DNA from: Verrucomicrobiaceae bacterium
Lineage (GTDB): Bacteria; Verrucomicrobiota; Verrucomicrobiia; Verrucomicrobiales; Verrucomicrobiaceae
DNA length: 24,000 nucleotides
Reading direction: 5' to 3'
Assembly: GCA_947471905.1 (NCBI GenBank)
Contig: CANIZT010000015.1
Coordinates: 1-24,000 of the forward strand
Shown one piece after another: positions 22,489-24,000 of this stretch. Positions within the stretch are counted from its first letter, which is position 1, and every line of letters begins with the position of its first letter. A program made the position numbers and the translations under genes. Under the pieces are notes generated by a model. The model saw only the letters and a list, made by a program, of their open reading frames with translations, searched no databases and was not told the DNA's origin.

Positions 22489-23343
22489 ATGAAGCGATTC
22501 CTACTGCTACCATTGCTTCTAGCTTGCAGCTGGTTACCAGCAGCAGAGGAATCCACGGATTTCATTCGATTCATCGAAGAAGAAAAGAGCGATAGCCTGC
22601 AAACCGCCGTGGTGAGCTATGAATCGCCGCAGAAGGTGAAGGTTGATCTCGTCGGAGCCATCCACATCGCCGACAAAGCTTATTTTGAGGCGCTGAACAC
22701 GCGTTTCAAAAGCTACGAATCCGTGCTGTATGAACTCGTTGGCCCCTCCATTGAGGAACGCAACAAACCGGAAGTCATGAAGGATGCGCAGAAGTTGCAA
22801 TGGGTCGGCCAGCTTCAAGCGATGATGAAAGATGCGCTGAAACTCACCGGTCAACTCGAAGGCATCGACTACCAGGCCAAAAATTTCGTTCACGCCGACA
22901 TGAACATGTCCCAGTTCACGAAAACACAGGACCAGAAGCAGGAGAGCTTTCTCACCCTCTACCTTAAGGCCTCGCAGGCGCAAAAAGCCGCCAACGAAAA
23001 ACGTGGCGTCAGTTCCGACGCCGCCGGCATGGTCATTCTGCTGAAAATAATGACCATGAAAGACAGCAGCACCGAACTGAAGCGCATGATCGCCCAAGAG
23101 TTCGACAGCGTGGAGGACATCATGGCTGGGATCGAATCCGGTGACGGCACCGTACTTGTTGGTGAGCGCAATCGCGTCGCGCTCGAAGTCATGAACAAAG
23201 AGATTACTACTGGAAAAAAGCGCCTCGCCATTTTTTACGGTGCCGCTCATCTGGCGGACATGGAGCAGCGACTGCTCAAGCAGGGTTTTAAACGCACGCA
23301 GATCGAATGGCTTAAGGCGTGGGATCTGCCGAAGGAAAAGTAA
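22489..23343 (+). CDS. Secreted protein or lipoprotein, TraB/GumN (TIKI-like) family candidate
   Basis: Signal MKRFLLLPLLLAC (possible lipobox LLAC). VDLVGAIHIADKAYFEALN...SVLYELV resembles the TraB/GumN N-terminal GT.HV...E motif. VGERNRVALEVM...KRLAIFYGAAHLADM resembles the C-terminal ERD...GAGHL motif. Chosen over the antisense ORF 22534..23250 because of the signal peptide and ordinary composition. Confidence 0.55.
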   Translation: MKRFLLLPLLLACSWLPAAEESTDFIRFIEEEKSDSLQTAVVSYESPQKVKVDLVGAIHIADKAYFEALNTRFKSYESVLYELVGPSIEERNKPEVMKDAQKLQWVGQLQAMMKDALKLTGQLEGIDYQAKNFVHADMNMSQFTKTQDQKQESFLTLYLKASQAQKAANEKRGVSSDAAGMVILLKIMTMKDSSTELKRMIAQEFDSVEDIMAGIESGDGTVLVGERNRVALEVMNKEITTGKKRLAIFYGAAHLADMEQRLLKQGFKRTQIEWLKAWDLPKEK

Positions 23344-23349
23344 GCAGAA

Positions 23350-24000
23350 TCAGGCCGCCTTCTTCGCCAGCAACTGCTGTGCTTGCTCAACCCAACGCTC
23401 GCGTTGGATGCGATCTTTGAAGGCGAGACGTGAGGAGAACTCCTTGATGTTCTCTTCATTCCAAGTGGCGATTTGCGAATAGGTATAGATACCGAGTTCG
23501 TGCAGACGCAATTCGAGCACCTGGGCGATGCCTTTGAGCGCGGTGAGGTCGTCGATTTTCTCAGGCCGACTCGGGTAGATGAGACCGAGCTTCGGATCGG
23601 GTATGGCGTTGATTTCTAGAGCTGGCAAAGGTGCCACTGCAAGTTCAGGCAACACGGGAAGAGTGTCTTCAGTGACCGAGACTGAATCGGCAGCAGGTGC
23701 CGTGACTGCGCCATCCGGCTCATGGCTCACAGCTGCAATTGTCGGAGCAATGATAGCGGCCAGCGGCGAAGTATGACGCGCAGGTGGCGGTGGCAGTTCG
23801 GCGAGAGAGAGAGAGGCGGTAGCAGGCTCGGTGGGTGGTGGCGAAGGAGCTTCGTCTTGGCGTGCCGGTTCAGCGGAAGGTGCTGGTTTGCCAGCCGTTT
23901 TGGCTTTGATGACGTTGTCACGCGATTTTGGCAATCGACCTTTCGATGTGACGTTCGACTGCGAAGTGGGTGGCCGGATGTCGCGAGTGGTAATGGTTTC
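23350..24000 (-). CDS. Partial CDS: Pro/Ala-rich protein with a C-terminal helix-hairpin-helix-like domain (5' end probably beyond the window)
   Basis: The track ORF 23350..23934 starts at a TTG, but the frame stays open to nt 24000 (...ETITTRDIRPPTSQSNVTSKGRLPKSRDN...). The first ~130 aa visible are P/A/S/T/E-rich and look disordered. The C-terminus IDDLTALKGIAQVLELRLHELGIYTYSQIATWNEENIKEFSSRLAFKDRIQRERWVEQAQQLL resembles the HhH-type module I recall at the C-terminus of some alphaproteobacterial NuoE proteins. Confidence 0.5.
   Translation of the reverse strand, partial: ETITTRDIRPPTSQSNVTSKGRLPKSRDNVIKAKTAGKPAPSAEPARQDEAPSPPPTEPATASLSLAELPPPPARHTSPLAAIIAPTIAAVSHEPDGAVTAPAADSVSVTEDTLPVLPELAVAPLPALEINAIPDPKLGLIYPSRPEKIDDLTALKGIAQVLELRLHELGIYTYSQIATWNEENIKEFSSRLAFKDRIQRERWVEQAQQLLAKKAA

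Noticed and set aside
1-24000. Search for CRISPR arrays, tRNA/rRNA genes, IS elements, toxin-antitoxin pairs or recognised defence-system genes.
   Set aside because: Nearly all sequence is accounted for by the CDSs listed. The non-coding gaps (the largest are 180 bp at 10408-10587 and 176 bp at 16534-16709) are too short and lack repeat-spacer structure or cloverleaf-compatible sequence. None of the proteins shows nuclease, helicase, transposase or toxin motifs.

Overview
High-GC (roughly 58-60% by eye), gene-dense chromosomal segment with about 20 protein-coding genes on both strands. I see no rRNA, tRNA, CRISPR array, transposase, integrase or phage genes. The gene content points to a PVC-superphylum, most likely Verrucomicrobiota, genome: a PVC-type membrane-bound-dehydrogenase/CxxCH heme protein, a DUF1080 (3-keto-disaccharide-hydrolase-like) protein, an 'NWPQWRGP' PQQ-like beta-propeller, a signal-peptide FAD oxidoreductase and many lipoproteins. 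The best candidate for something undescribed is the minus-strand operon at 1333-5883. It encodes an unrecognisable secreted 389-aa protein, a CreD-family membrane protein and clear CreB/CreC two-component orthologues, in a different order from E. coli creABCD. It is preceded by four TTCAY pentamers phased at exactly 11 bp (the geometry of the E. coli cre tag), and one intercistronic spacer is filled by a 5 x 7-bp GAACCAA tandem repeat. Other points worth a second look: (1) a lipoprotein whose glycine-zipper core is flanked by FUS/prion-like G/Y/Q/N/S low-complexity tails; (2) an intrinsic terminator sitting 9 nt before the start codon of a YeiH-family transporter gene; (3) a ~24% GC island with a sigma70-like promoter and 31-bp-spaced direct repeats upstream of a 3D-domain lipoprotein gene; (4) a cysteine-free Rrf2 regulator; (5) several perfect palindromes or hairpins in short spacers; (6) four convergent gene pairs with 0-9 bp between stop codons. 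All functional calls rest on motif recognition from the translated ORFs and my memory of the families. No database search was run.
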